64,000 bases of DNA from Erythrobacter sp. Its GTDB lineage: Bacteria; Pseudomonadota; Alphaproteobacteria; Sphingomonadales; Sphingomonadaceae. The position numbers and the translations under genes were made by a program. Below are positions 1 through 9,296 of this stretch, in pieces. The notes under the pieces were generated by a model. That model did no database searches, had not been told where the DNA came from, and was given only the letters and a program-made list of their open reading frames with translations. The first letter of the stretch is position 1, and every line of letters begins with the position of its first letter. The stretch covers positions 192,616 to 256,615 of the forward strand of contig NZ_JAMWYX010000004.1 in NCBI RefSeq assembly GCF_024305245.1, read 5' to 3'.

Positions 1-621
1 AAATCATTGCATTTCATGCTGGCGGCATCGGGCATTCAGGCGTGGCCGTTCGCGTCGGCGGCCGATTTCCTCGACCAGTTGCCGTTTCTGACCCCCGCGC
101 CGCTTCTGGTGGACATCCGCATGCCCGAAATCGATGGTCTGCAATTGCTGACCATCCTCAAGGAACGCGGGGTGACCTGGCCGGCTGTGATCCTGACGGC
201 GCATGGCGATGTCTCGGTCGCGGTGCAGGCGATGAAGCTGGGCGCGATCGATTTTCTGGAAAAGCCGTTCGCGGCCCAGGCGATCAATCAGGCCATCACG
301 CAGGCGTTCGACGTTCTCGACCAGATGCAGCACATGCTCTCCGCGCGCGATCAGGCGCGTTACGGTATCGCGCAGCTGACCGCGCGCGAACGTGAAACAA
401 TGGCGATCCTGATGGAGGGCGTTCCCAACAAGGAAGTTGCGCACAGGTTGGGTCTGAGCGTGCGCACGATAGAAATGCACCGCGGCAATGCGCTGGCGAA
501 GCTGAATGTCAAAAGCGTAGCAGAAGTTGTGGCGCTGGCGAATTTGGCGGGCTTCACCGCAGAAATGCAGCTGAATATCGAAAACCTCCCTGAAAATTCG
601 ACAGCCGAGCCCAGAACCTGA
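1..621 (+). CDS. FixJ/LuxR-family response regulator (REC + HTH), 5'-truncated by window edge
   Basis: Frame is open from base 1 (KSLHFML...). VDIRMPEIDG phospho-acceptor region, LTAHGDV, DFLEKPF, and C-terminal LuxR HTH (LTARERE...NKEVAHRLGLSVRTIEMHRGN). Confidence 0.9.
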   Translation, partial: KSLHFMLAASGIQAWPFASAADFLDQLPFLTPAPLLVDIRMPEIDGLQLLTILKERGVTWPAVILTAHGDVSVAVQAMKLGAIDFLEKPFAAQAINQAITQAFDVLDQMQHMLSARDQARYGIAQLTARERETMAILMEGVPNKEVAHRLGLSVRTIEMHRGNALAKLNVKSVAEVVALANLAGFTAEMQLNIENLPENSTAEPRT

Positions 622-712
622 GGCAGGATACAAACTTTCATTTGATCGTTTGATAAGGTGCAGGGACACAGGAGGCCGGTTCGAAGCAATCCGTAGAGCC
701 GGAAAACCAGCG

Positions 713-2278
713 ATGAACAAACAGGCGCATATCGGCCAACCGGGCAGTTCTGCATGCCGTCAGGCGTGGTCGGGCGCTTTGGCGCGGGCGGTCAATCGCT
801 CTCCTCTGCCGACGATCGGCACGAACACTCTGATCGAAGGCAATCCGATCATGTTCGTCAACGATGCTTATCTCGCGATGACGGGGGCAAACGGCGATGC
901 GGTTCTGTTTCGACCGGTCATGGAAGTGCTGCACGACGGGGCGGATGCTGCGGCCTTGTCCGAGTTCCGGGCGGCGCTGGAGGATGGCCGCAGCGGATCG
1001 TGGCGGATGCAACTGGCGCGTGCCGACGGCGCGGCGTTTCCGGGGGTCGTCTATATGTCGGCCATCTGCGACGCATCCGATCGGGTCATCGGTCACTACA
1101 TCAACTTCATCGATCTGGCGACGGTCGGCAGGCGGCCCCGTGAACGCCGCGCCATCGATCCCGCGATTTACGAGAACGCACCTGGCTTCATCGCAATCTC
1201 CAGAGGCGCGGACCACCGGTTCGAATACGCCAACGCCTCGTACCGAGAGTTCACGAAGCGCGATGATCTGATCGGCAAGACGGTGGCCGATGTCTTTCCG
1301 GAGCTTGCGGCTCAGGGCTTTCTCGACCTCATCGACGAGGTTTACCGGACGGGGACCCCGTTCCGCGCGTCGGATTTGCCGATCAGCATATTCGATCCGG
1401 CGACCAACAGCCTTCAGCGGCGCTGGATGGACGTGGTGTACCAGCCCTTGCGGAACACAGACGGGACGATCAGCGGCCTGTTCTGCGAAGGTCAGGACGT
1501 CACCGATCTGCACGAGATCAACAAAACTCTCGCCGCGATGGAGATGAAAATGATTCATGCCGCGCGGGTCAACGCGATGGGAACGATGGCAGCGACCTTG
1601 GCGCATGAGCTCAACCAGCCGCTGACCGCGATCACCAACTACCTCGCCGGTCTGCGCGCGAATGGCGGGCGGATGCCCGAAGCCGACCGGCTGATGATCG
1701 CGCTCGACGGCATCGGCGAGGCGACCGAGCGGGCTTCGGGCATTCTCGATCATCTCCGCCAGCTGACCAAGCATCGCAAGCCCAGGCGGGAGCCGTTCAA
1801 TCTGCGGGAAGCGGTTGCCGAATGCGTGCGTCTGGTGGGGTCTTCGTGCCGCATCGAGATTGGTTTCGACAACCGTGTCGCGCGGGAGACGACCATGATC
1901 GCCGACCGGGTCAAGATCCAGCAGGTGCTGATCAACCTGCTCCAGAATGCCTGCGATGCGATGGCGGATACCAACTGCCCGCGCGCCACCATCGCCGCGA
2001 CCGAGGACGAAAGCGGCATCACCGTCTGCATTGCCGATCATGGGCGCGGCGTATGCCCCGAAGCGGTGCCGACGATGTTTTCGTGGTCCGAAACCCAGAA
2101 ACACGAGGGCATGGGCATAGGGCTTTCGATCTGCCGCACGATCGTGGAGCTTTACCGCGGCCAGATCTGGCTCGAGAAAAGCGGGCCGGAAGGATCGGAG
2201 TTCCGGTTCTGGTTGCCGTGGCCCGCGTCGGCGGCGCCTGCCGACGATGCAGAGGGTGATGCTGCGCCGCTGTCCTAG
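713..2278 (+). CDS. PAS-PAS sensor histidine kinase (FixL-like HisKA + HATPase)
   Basis: H-box LAHELNQPL, N-box QVLINLLQNACDA, DHGRG, GMGIGLSIC. Two N-terminal PAS-like segments. Start at 713 chosen over 650. Confidence 0.9.
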   Translation: MNKQAHIGQPGSSACRQAWSGALARAVNRSPLPTIGTNTLIEGNPIMFVNDAYLAMTGANGDAVLFRPVMEVLHDGADAAALSEFRAALEDGRSGSWRMQLARADGAAFPGVVYMSAICDASDRVIGHYINFIDLATVGRRPRERRAIDPAIYENAPGFIAISRGADHRFEYANASYREFTKRDDLIGKTVADVFPELAAQGFLDLIDEVYRTGTPFRASDLPISIFDPATNSLQRRWMDVVYQPLRNTDGTISGLFCEGQDVTDLHEINKTLAAMEMKMIHAARVNAMGTMAATLAHELNQPLTAITNYLAGLRANGGRMPEADRLMIALDGIGEATERASGILDHLRQLTKHRKPRREPFNLREAVAECVRLVGSSCRIEIGFDNRVARETTMIADRVKIQQVLINLLQNACDAMADTNCPRATIAATEDESGITVCIADHGRGVCPEAVPTMFSWSETQKHEGMGIGLSICRTIVELYRGQIWLEKSGPEGSEFRFWLPWPASAAPADDAEGDAAPLS

Positions 2279-2706
2279 CGCGCGGCGGGACCTTCGGCGA
2301 ATTCCCACAACAGATCGCCGAGCCATTCGGCGCAGCGCTGCCGTGCCGGCGATGCCGCGTCCGGATCATCCAGCAGCCGGGTGACGTGCCGGGCCACGAA
2401 TTGCGAGGGGCCGGAATAGGCCATGCTCCATCGGCCGAACTGCCGTTCAGCGATCGGCGCGCGGGCGGCCACGGTGATCCCCTCATGGCGGGGATCGCGC
2501 GTGACGCTGGCCATCAGCGTGTCCACCGCCGCCGCCGGCCCTTCGAGCACCTGCGCGAAATGGTCTCCGGTGAACAGCAGCGCCCCGGTGATGCCGAGCC
2601 CCGGATTGCGTGCCCGCGACCCGGCGACGATCCGTTCGACCATGGCAGCCGCCGAAGCCGCGGACAGGGTGCTGCGGCTGACATACAGCAAGGATACGAG
2701 CTTCAC
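2275..2706 (-). CDS. Short stand-alone BLUF blue-light photoreceptor protein
   Basis: LLYVSRS, SRARN, GITGALL, FAQVLEG, DPRH and FGRWSMAY: the BLUF Tyr, Asn, Gln, His, Trp and Met are all present. Confidence 0.92.
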   Translation of the reverse strand: MKLVSLLYVSRSTLSAASAAAMVERIVAGSRARNPGLGITGALLFTGDHFAQVLEGPAAAVDTLMASVTRDPRHEGITVAARAPIAERQFGRWSMAYSGPSQFVARHVTRLLDDPDAASPARQRCAEWLGDLLWEFAEGPAAR

Positions 2707-2720
2707 GTTCGGGTTCCTTC

Positions 2721-4628
2721 CTACACGGCCTGCGCTGCCGCAGCGTTGCCGAAGCGCGCGATCATGGCGGGGACAAATGCGCCCGGCTGCGCCTTGCCGA
2801 AGTAGAAACCCTGTCCGATGTCGCAGCCGTGCGCTGTCGCGAATTCGGCCTGCGCTGCGGTTTCGATTCCTTCGGCGACCGTAGTGATCCCGAGGCTTTT
2901 GCCAAGGCCGATCAGCGCCCGGACGATCGTGGTATCGTCAAAATTGGTGCCGATCCCGCTGACGAAGGAGCGATCGATCTTGAGCACGTCCACCCGGAAC
3001 TGCTTGAGGTGGGTGAGCGAAGCGTAGCCGGTGCCGAAATCGTCGAGCGCAATCCGCACTCCGGCCTTGCTCAGTACCTTCAGCGCGCGGCCGACATGCT
3101 GCGCGCCGCGGCCCAGAAACACCCCCTCGGTCACTTCGAGTTCGATCATGCTCGGCGAAAGATCCCGCGCCGCGATTTCCTTCAGCAGCATTTCGGCGAA
3201 GGCATTGCTGCGAAAATCGGCGGCACCGGTGTTGATCGCGACATGGCCGAAATGGAGGCCGCGATCGACCCAGGTGCGGATATCGTCGAGCACCGAGGCA
3301 ATCATCTGGCTGCTGATCGCAACCGCCAGTTCGCGATCATCGAACGCCTGCGCGAAACTATCGGGCATGATCGTGACGCGATCGGGGGTCTGGCACCGTA
3401 CCAGCGCCTCGAAACCGACCAGCGCGCCCGTATCGAGGTCGATCTTCGGCTGATAATGTGCGACCAGCCGCCCCGCTTCGAGGCCTTCGCGCGCGACCGA
3501 CAGCATTGCGGTGCCACGGTCGAATTCCTCCATCAGCCGCGGGCTGAAAGTCTCGGCCCGTCCGCGCGAAAGCTTTGCTTCGGCCAGCGCGAGATCGGCG
3601 CATTTCATCAGCCCGTCGGGATCGGCGGCATGATCGGGATAGATCGCCACCCCGACGCTGGCCTTGCAACTGATCAACCGCCCGCGATGCAGGATCGGTT
3701 CGTGCAGCCGGCGGTTGAGCGAGGCGACGACATCGGCAACCTGCTCTTCGCGGTCTATGCCGCCGAGGATCACGCCGAATTCATCGCCGCCAAGCCGTGC
3801 AGCCGTGTCGGTATGGCGCAGAAGGTTGCGCAACCTTTGCGCAAACCCGCACAGCAGGGCGTCACCCGCGTCATGGCCGAGCGAGTCGTTGATCTGCTTG
3901 AAATGGTCCACATCCACGACCAGCAGCGCAGCCCGTTGGCCGTTCTGGCGGGCGCCCTCCATCGTCCGGGTCAGCAGCCGGTTGAACAGGTCGCGCCGGG
4001 GAAGGCCGGTCAGATCGTCATGTTCGGCAACATAGCGCAGCCGCTCGGTGAGTCGCGACTGCGCCACCACCTGCGAATCGCGTTCCTGCACCAGTCGCCG
4101 CAGTTCGAGCAGCGCCTCGACCTGTCCCGCCAGCGTGCGCAAGGTTTCTTCTTCCAGCGGGGTGATGCCCTGCGGGCGCGGCGTGGGATCGAATACGCAC
4201 AGGGCAGCGATGGGCGTGCCGTCGGCCGCGAGAATCCGCATCCCGGCATAAAAACGGATGTTGGGCACGCCGGCGACCAGCGGATTATCGGCGAACCGGG
4301 GATCCTCGGCCGCGTCTTTCACCACCAGCGGCGCTGCGACATCGATCGTGTGGACGCAAAACGAGACCGATAGCGGCGTTTCGCGCGGATCGAGACCCCA
4401 CCGGGCCTTGAACCACTGCCGTGTCTCGTCGATGAAGCTGATCGCCGCCGTCTTCGCCCCGGTGATCCGGGCCGCCAGCCTGACGATATCGTCGAAATGC
4501 GGCTCTGGCGCGCTGTCGAGGATGCCGTAGCGGGCGATGGCATTGCGGCGCTGCAATCGCCCATGCTCCGCTTCAGGCAGGCAGGCGAGCGCGCGCGAAG
4601 GCGCAAAGGACTGGAGCGCCGCAGTCAT
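2721..4628 (-). CDS. GAF-GGDEF-EAL diguanylate cyclase/phosphodiesterase
   Basis: GAF (YGILDSAPEPHFDDI, PNIRFYAG), HDDLTGL, RHTD I-site, RLGGDEF, GFEALVR, DDFGTGYASL. The ATG at 4628 overlaps the upstream TGA (ATGA). Confidence 0.92.
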   Translation of the reverse strand: MTAALQSFAPSRALACLPEAEHGRLQRRNAIARYGILDSAPEPHFDDIVRLAARITGAKTAAISFIDETRQWFKARWGLDPRETPLSVSFCVHTIDVAAPLVVKDAAEDPRFADNPLVAGVPNIRFYAGMRILAADGTPIAALCVFDPTPRPQGITPLEEETLRTLAGQVEALLELRRLVQERDSQVVAQSRLTERLRYVAEHDDLTGLPRRDLFNRLLTRTMEGARQNGQRAALLVVDVDHFKQINDSLGHDAGDALLCGFAQRLRNLLRHTDTAARLGGDEFGVILGGIDREEQVADVVASLNRRLHEPILHRGRLISCKASVGVAIYPDHAADPDGLMKCADLALAEAKLSRGRAETFSPRLMEEFDRGTAMLSVAREGLEAGRLVAHYQPKIDLDTGALVGFEALVRCQTPDRVTIMPDSFAQAFDDRELAVAISSQMIASVLDDIRTWVDRGLHFGHVAINTGAADFRSNAFAEMLLKEIAARDLSPSMIELEVTEGVFLGRGAQHVGRALKVLSKAGVRIALDDFGTGYASLTHLKQFRVDVLKIDRSFVSGIGTNFDDTTIVRALIGLGKSLGITTVAEGIETAAQAEFATAHGCDIGQGFYFGKAQPGAFVPAMIARFGNAAAAQAV

Positions 4629-5314
4629 TTCTGCGCCACTTGATCTGCCCCCTGCGGCTCCTGTCGCAAGCCCACCGGCGGCTCGGGCGTGCGCATCAGC
4701 CGCTGGATCGACCCCAGCGCGTCGAGGCTCAGCGATTGCAGCAGCATCACGCCGGCCCGGTCGCCGCGCACCCACCGCACACGGCCGAGTCGTTCGATCC
4801 CGGATGGCAGCGTCACCTTGAGATCGAGCCCCTCGGTCAGGCTCCCGTCATGCTCCAGCTTGAGCCCGCGCAGCGATATGTCGACCACCTTGGCACTGCG
4901 CAGGCCAACCTCGCTGCGGGTCAGCGCTGTGACCATCAACGGTAGTCTGACCGGGCGGTTGCTGCCCAATCGCGCCCCTTCCGCCAGAACCGCGAGCAGA
5001 TGCGCGCAATCGATCGGCTGATCGAATTGCAGGCCGAGATGTTCGTTCTCTTGCCAGACGACATGCCCGCGCAATTCCACGCCGTCTGCAAATTCGAGCG
5101 TGAGACTTTCCGACAGGCTCGCGGGCATCATCATGCGCAGGCCCGCACCCCGATCGGACAGGTTGGTGATTCGGGCGAGGCCTTCGTCGGTGCCGGTAAT
5201 GACGCGGGCAATGCGGAATACGGTCTGAACGCGGCCGTCGGTGCGACGATCGCCCTCCGGCAGGATAGCGCTTCCAGTCTGCGCAGTGATGGCGTGAGGC
5301 GATCCTATGGTCAT
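4625..5314 (-). CDS. Tandem PilZ-domain protein
   Basis: RRTDGR...NLSDRG in domain 1 and DISLRG in domain 2, with two GxVxW...G beta segments. Confidence 0.8.
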   Translation of the reverse strand: MTIGSPHAITAQTGSAILPEGDRRTDGRVQTVFRIARVITGTDEGLARITNLSDRGAGLRMMMPASLSESLTLEFADGVELRGHVVWQENEHLGLQFDQPIDCAHLLAVLAEGARLGSNRPVRLPLMVTALTRSEVGLRSAKVVDISLRGLKLEHDGSLTEGLDLKVTLPSGIERLGRVRWVRGDRAGVMLLQSLSLDALGSIQRLMRTPEPPVGLRQEPQGADQVAQK

Positions 5315-5462
5315 ACAGTGTCTCCCACTGCCTCTTTGCACCGCTGCAAGGCACGGGAAAATCTGTTGAACTTACCGGAACCCCATTAACCCGCGCGCAA
5401 TAACCTGGTTTAGCTTGCCGCTGCGGAAAGCTGCACTCTCCGAATCCTCGGGGATTTCCTCA

Positions 5463-6350
5463 CTAGTTGCGCGTGTGGGCCACGATTTCGTCGGCGATTC
5501 GCGCAATCAGTGGTTCGGGAATATCGTGGCCCCAGCCGGGAAACGTCACCAACCGCGCACCGGGAATCGCCCGGGCGGTGTCTTCTCCCGCCTCGAGCTT
5601 GACCAGCGGATCGTCCTCGCCGTGCAGCACCAGGGTCGGCACGCGCACATTGGCGAGCCGCGACCGGCGGCAGCCATCGTCGATGATCGCGGCAAGCTGG
5701 CGCGGCATGCCCGGCGGATAGACAGACCGGCGGACGCTGCGCAGCACCACCTCGCGCTGCCGCACCGGATCGGGGCGGTAGCCGGGGCTGCCGATATTCT
5801 TCGCGACGTCGAGGCCGCGTTGGACCAGCGTTTCCTCCTCCATGTCCTTGAGCGGCGCAATCAGCGCGTCCATCGCGTGCTTTTCCGCCTGCGGCAGCTT
5901 GCCGTTGCCGGTGGTCGACATGATCGAGGTGAGCGTGCGCAGGCGCGGGCCGTGATGCACCGCCATCAGCTGCGCGATCATCCCGCCCATCGACGCGCCG
6001 ACCACGTGCGCCGATTCGATCCCAAGCGCATCGAGCACGCCGATGCCGTCATCGGCCATGTCCTTGAGCGTGTAGGGCACCTTTGCGGGCCAGCCGACCT
6101 TCTTGCGCAATATCTGGATCGGGAGCGAGGGGGCGCGCGCGCCTTCCATCTTCTGGCTCAGCCCGATGTCGCGGTTGTCGTAGCGGATCACGCGGAAACC
6201 TTCGCCCACCAGCGCTTCGACGAATTCGTCGGGCCACAGGGTCAGCTGCGCGCCCAGACCCATCACCAGCAGGATCACCTCGCGTTCGGGGTCGCCGTGG
6301 TCTTCGTAGAAGATTTCGATGCCGGTATTGGGGGTGGTGATGGTGGGCAT
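5463..6350 (-). CDS. Alpha/beta fold hydrolase
   Basis: GASMGG nucleophile elbow, RYDNRDIGLS, LHGEDDPLV, GWGHD. Start re-chosen at MPTITT. Confidence 0.9.
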   Translation of the reverse strand: MPTITTPNTGIEIFYEDHGDPEREVILLVMGLGAQLTLWPDEFVEALVGEGFRVIRYDNRDIGLSQKMEGARAPSLPIQILRKKVGWPAKVPYTLKDMADDGIGVLDALGIESAHVVGASMGGMIAQLMAVHHGPRLRTLTSIMSTTGNGKLPQAEKHAMDALIAPLKDMEEETLVQRGLDVAKNIGSPGYRPDPVRQREVVLRSVRRSVYPPGMPRQLAAIIDDGCRRSRLANVRVPTLVLHGEDDPLVKLEAGEDTARAIPGARLVTFPGWGHDIPEPLIARIADEIVAHTRN

Positions 6351-6387
6351 TGGTGATCGGGCCTCTCGCGCAAACTCGTGCGCGCCA

Positions 6388-7317
6388 TCATTTCCACGCC
6401 GGGCCGGCGATGTCGAGGCCTTGGGCAGCCAACCGGTCGAGCACGCCGTCGCTTTCGGCCAGCACCCGCAGCGGCACGACGGCCAGCGTGACACCCGGCT
6501 GGGTTTGCGCTGCGTTGATGTTGTCGACCCAGATGGCGCGCAATTCGGTGCCGAGCGTCTCGTCCGCCCACGGCCAGCACTGGCCCAGCGCCTGTTCAAG
6601 CGGGTTCGCCATCACCGCCGGGATATCATAGCGCCGCCAGTCCGCGCCGCGCTGTTCGACGACGTCTGGCCCGCTTTCGACAGCGTCCATCGCGGCGGTG
6701 AGGCAAGGGATGTGCGCGGCGGGCGGCGCATCGGCGAGGTTGTCGATGATATCCTCACCCCGCAGGGTGGCAGCGCGGGTGATCGGGACATCGGCCTTGT
6801 CGGCGGCCTTTTTGACCACGTCGGCAGGCTCGTCGGCGGTGTCGCGGTTGAAGCGCAATTCCTTGCGCAGCATCTGAAACGAGGTGAGCAGGAAAGACTG
6901 GCGGGTGTAATCCTCGTCATGTGCGGTGCCGAGTGCGGAGAGCCGCGCCCATTGTTCGGGGGTGAGGTATTCGGGCGCCACGGTCTTGTCGGGCAGTTTG
7001 GTGAATTTCGACCCGCTGAAGATCAGCCGCAGCACATCGCCCGGAGAAATCTTGGGCCGCGCGCCGAGGATCACCCGGCTCGCCTGCGCAGTCGCGTCCT
7101 TGAGCCGGTCGGGCTGCCAAGGGGTGGTTTCGGGAATCGCCCGGATTTCCCCGACGAGGATGATGGTGCCGGTGGGGGTATCGATCGTCCACATCGGCGC
7201 ACCGGAGCGCTGCGCGGTGACGACGATGGAGTTTTCGGTGGGGGCGGGGGTTTGGGCGGTGGCTGCTGCGGGGATCAGCGCGGCAAGGCAAAGGAAAGGC
7301 AGGGTCTTTGTCATCAT
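6388..7317 (-). CDS. TraB/GumN family secreted protein
   Basis: Signal peptide, APMWTI...GTIILVG, RN-like ELRAIWVDNI and terminal GVLDRLAAQG pattern. Confidence 0.7.
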   Translation of the reverse strand: MMTKTLPFLCLAALIPAAATAQTPAPTENSIVVTAQRSGAPMWTIDTPTGTIILVGEIRAIPETTPWQPDRLKDATAQASRVILGARPKISPGDVLRLIFSGSKFTKLPDKTVAPEYLTPEQWARLSALGTAHDEDYTRQSFLLTSFQMLRKELRFNRDTADEPADVVKKAADKADVPITRAATLRGEDIIDNLADAPPAAHIPCLTAAMDAVESGPDVVEQRGADWRRYDIPAVMANPLEQALGQCWPWADETLGTELRAIWVDNINAAQTQPGVTLAVVPLRVLAESDGVLDRLAAQGLDIAGPAWK

Positions 7318-7387
7318 TGCGCCCCTTCAGGAGTTTCCCACGCGCCCTTAGCGGCGAACAGATGAACCCTATCCGAACTTCCTACGC

Positions 7388-7480
7388 CCGCTCGTGCTGA
7401 GCTTGTCGAAGCACTGCACTTACTCTTGACCCCAGCTCCAAAGACAAGTGCAGCCCTTCGACAAGCTCAGGGCGATCGGA
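7388..7480. repeat. REP-like palindromic intergenic element
   Basis: Perfect 15-bp inverted repeat CTGAGCTTGTCGAAG (7397-7411) / CTTCGACAAGCTCAG (7456-7470), extended inward by TGCACTT/AAGTGCA. Confidence 0.8.
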
Positions 7481-7498
7481 TTTTATTCGCTTTTTCCC

Positions 7499-9100
7499 CT
7501 ACGGAACCAGCACCGTATCCTTCGGCTCATCTGCCATCTCGGGATAATCCATCGTGTAGTGCAGCCCGCGGCTTTCCTTGCGGGCGAGCGCGCTTTTCAC
7601 GATCAGGTCGGCGGCTTCGATCAGGTTCCGGAGTTCGATCAGGTCGGTGGTGACGCGGAAGGCGCCGTAATATTCCTCGACCTCGCGCTTCAGCAATTCG
7701 ATCCGGTGCTTGGCGCGTTCCAGCCGCTTGGTGGTGCGCACGATGCCGACATAGTTCCACATGAACCGGCGGATTTCGGTCCAGTTCTGCTTGATGACGA
7801 CTTCCTCGTCCGAATCCGTGACGCGGCTTTCGTCCCACGGCAGGATCGCGGGCGGCGGCTCGAGGCTGTCCCAGCGTTCGAGGATGTCCTGCGCCGCCGC
7901 CTCGCCGAACACGAAGCATTCGAGCAAGCTGTTCGACGCCAGCCGGTTTGCGCCGTGCAGCCCGCTTTCGGTACATTCGCCCGCCGCCCACAGGCCCGGA
8001 ATGTCGGTGCGCGCCTGCAAATCCACCACCACCCCGCCGCAGGTGTAATGCTGCGCGGGCACAACCGGGATCGGCTGCACAGTCATGTCGATGCCCAGAC
8101 CCAGCAGCTTGTCGTAGATCGTCGGGAAATGCCCCTTCACGAACTCGGCGGGCTGATGGCTGATATCGAGATGCACGTAATCCAGCCCGAACCGCTTGAT
8201 CTGGTCGTCGATAGCGCGGGCGACCACATCGCGCGGGGCCAGCTCCATGCGTTCAGGATCGTAATCGACCATGAAGCGGCGGCCGGTTTCGGGGTGGAGC
8301 AGGTGCCCGCCCTCACCGCGCACGGCCTCGGTAATCAGGAAGTTCTTGACGTCGAGATTGTAGAGGCAGGTCGGGTGGAACTGCATCATCTCCATGTTGG
8401 AGACACGTGCGCCCGCCCGCCATGCCATCGCGATCCCGTCTCCGGTCGCGCCGCGCGGGGCAGTGGAGAACTGGTAGACGCGCCCGGCACCGCCGGTGGC
8501 GAGGATGGTGGCGCGCGCGACGTGGCGCTCGACCCGGCCGGTTTCCTCGTCGAGCGCATAGACACCCCAGACGCGCCCGGCGGCGGAGAACTGTTCGCGG
8601 TGGCGGTCGGTGATGAAATCGATGCAGGTGCGGCCCGGCAGCAGGGTGATGTTGGGATGGGCCTCTGCCGCCTTGACCAGCGCGCTCTGCACCGCCCAGC
8701 CGGTTGCATCATCGACATGGACGATCCGGCGGTGCGAATGGCCGCCTTCGCGCGTCAGGTGCAGCGCATCGGCATCGCGGTTGAACGGCACGCCCAACTC
8801 GCACAGCCGGTCGATCGATTGCGGCGCGCGTTCGATCACGAACTCCACCGTCTCGCGGTCGTTCAGCCCCGCGCCCGCTACCATCGTATCGCGCACGTGG
8901 TTGTCGAAGGTGTCGCCGGTGTCGAGCACCGCGGCGATTCCGCCTTGCGCCCAGGCGGTCGATCCGCCGGTCAGCGTGCCTTTCGCCAGCACCAGCACCC
9001 GGCGCGTCTGCGCCAGCGCCAACGCCGCGGTCAGCCCCGCCGCGCCCGATCCTATGACCACCACGTCATGCGGTTGTCGCATTGCATCCTGCATCGCCAT
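7499..9100 (-). CDS. nadB: L-aspartate oxidase
   Basis: VIGSGAAGL, AQGGIAAV, LTREGGHS, QFHPT, LAPRDVVAR, HYTCGG, GLHGANRLASNSLLE, KESRGLHY. Start may be 9082. Confidence 0.96.
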   Translation of the reverse strand: MAMQDAMRQPHDVVVIGSGAAGLTAALALAQTRRVLVLAKGTLTGGSTAWAQGGIAAVLDTGDTFDNHVRDTMVAGAGLNDRETVEFVIERAPQSIDRLCELGVPFNRDADALHLTREGGHSHRRIVHVDDATGWAVQSALVKAAEAHPNITLLPGRTCIDFITDRHREQFSAAGRVWGVYALDEETGRVERHVARATILATGGAGRVYQFSTAPRGATGDGIAMAWRAGARVSNMEMMQFHPTCLYNLDVKNFLITEAVRGEGGHLLHPETGRRFMVDYDPERMELAPRDVVARAIDDQIKRFGLDYVHLDISHQPAEFVKGHFPTIYDKLLGLGIDMTVQPIPVVPAQHYTCGGVVVDLQARTDIPGLWAAGECTESGLHGANRLASNSLLECFVFGEAAAQDILERWDSLEPPPAILPWDESRVTDSDEEVVIKQNWTEIRRFMWNYVGIVRTTKRLERAKHRIELLKREVEEYYGAFRVTTDLIELRNLIEAADLIVKSALARKESRGLHYTMDYPEMADEPKDTVLVP

Positions 9101-9296
9101 TATCGCGCCATGGCGCGCAACGCCGGACGGAGCAAGCCCCCGCCGCGCGCGCCAGATTACGTATTTACCCTTAGGTGCAGTGCAGCAAGATGGTATCCTG
9201 CGGCGAGCGCGTGATTCGGAAAGCCGGACACGGGTGAGGATCGCAGCCTGACATAAGCCAGATAAACGTCATCCTCATTTCGGGACTCTCTCTGCA

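Noticed and set aside
643-657. TTGATCGTTTGATA as an FNR box before the kinase
   Set aside because: It is a direct repeat of TTTGAT; the second half-site is not ATCAA.
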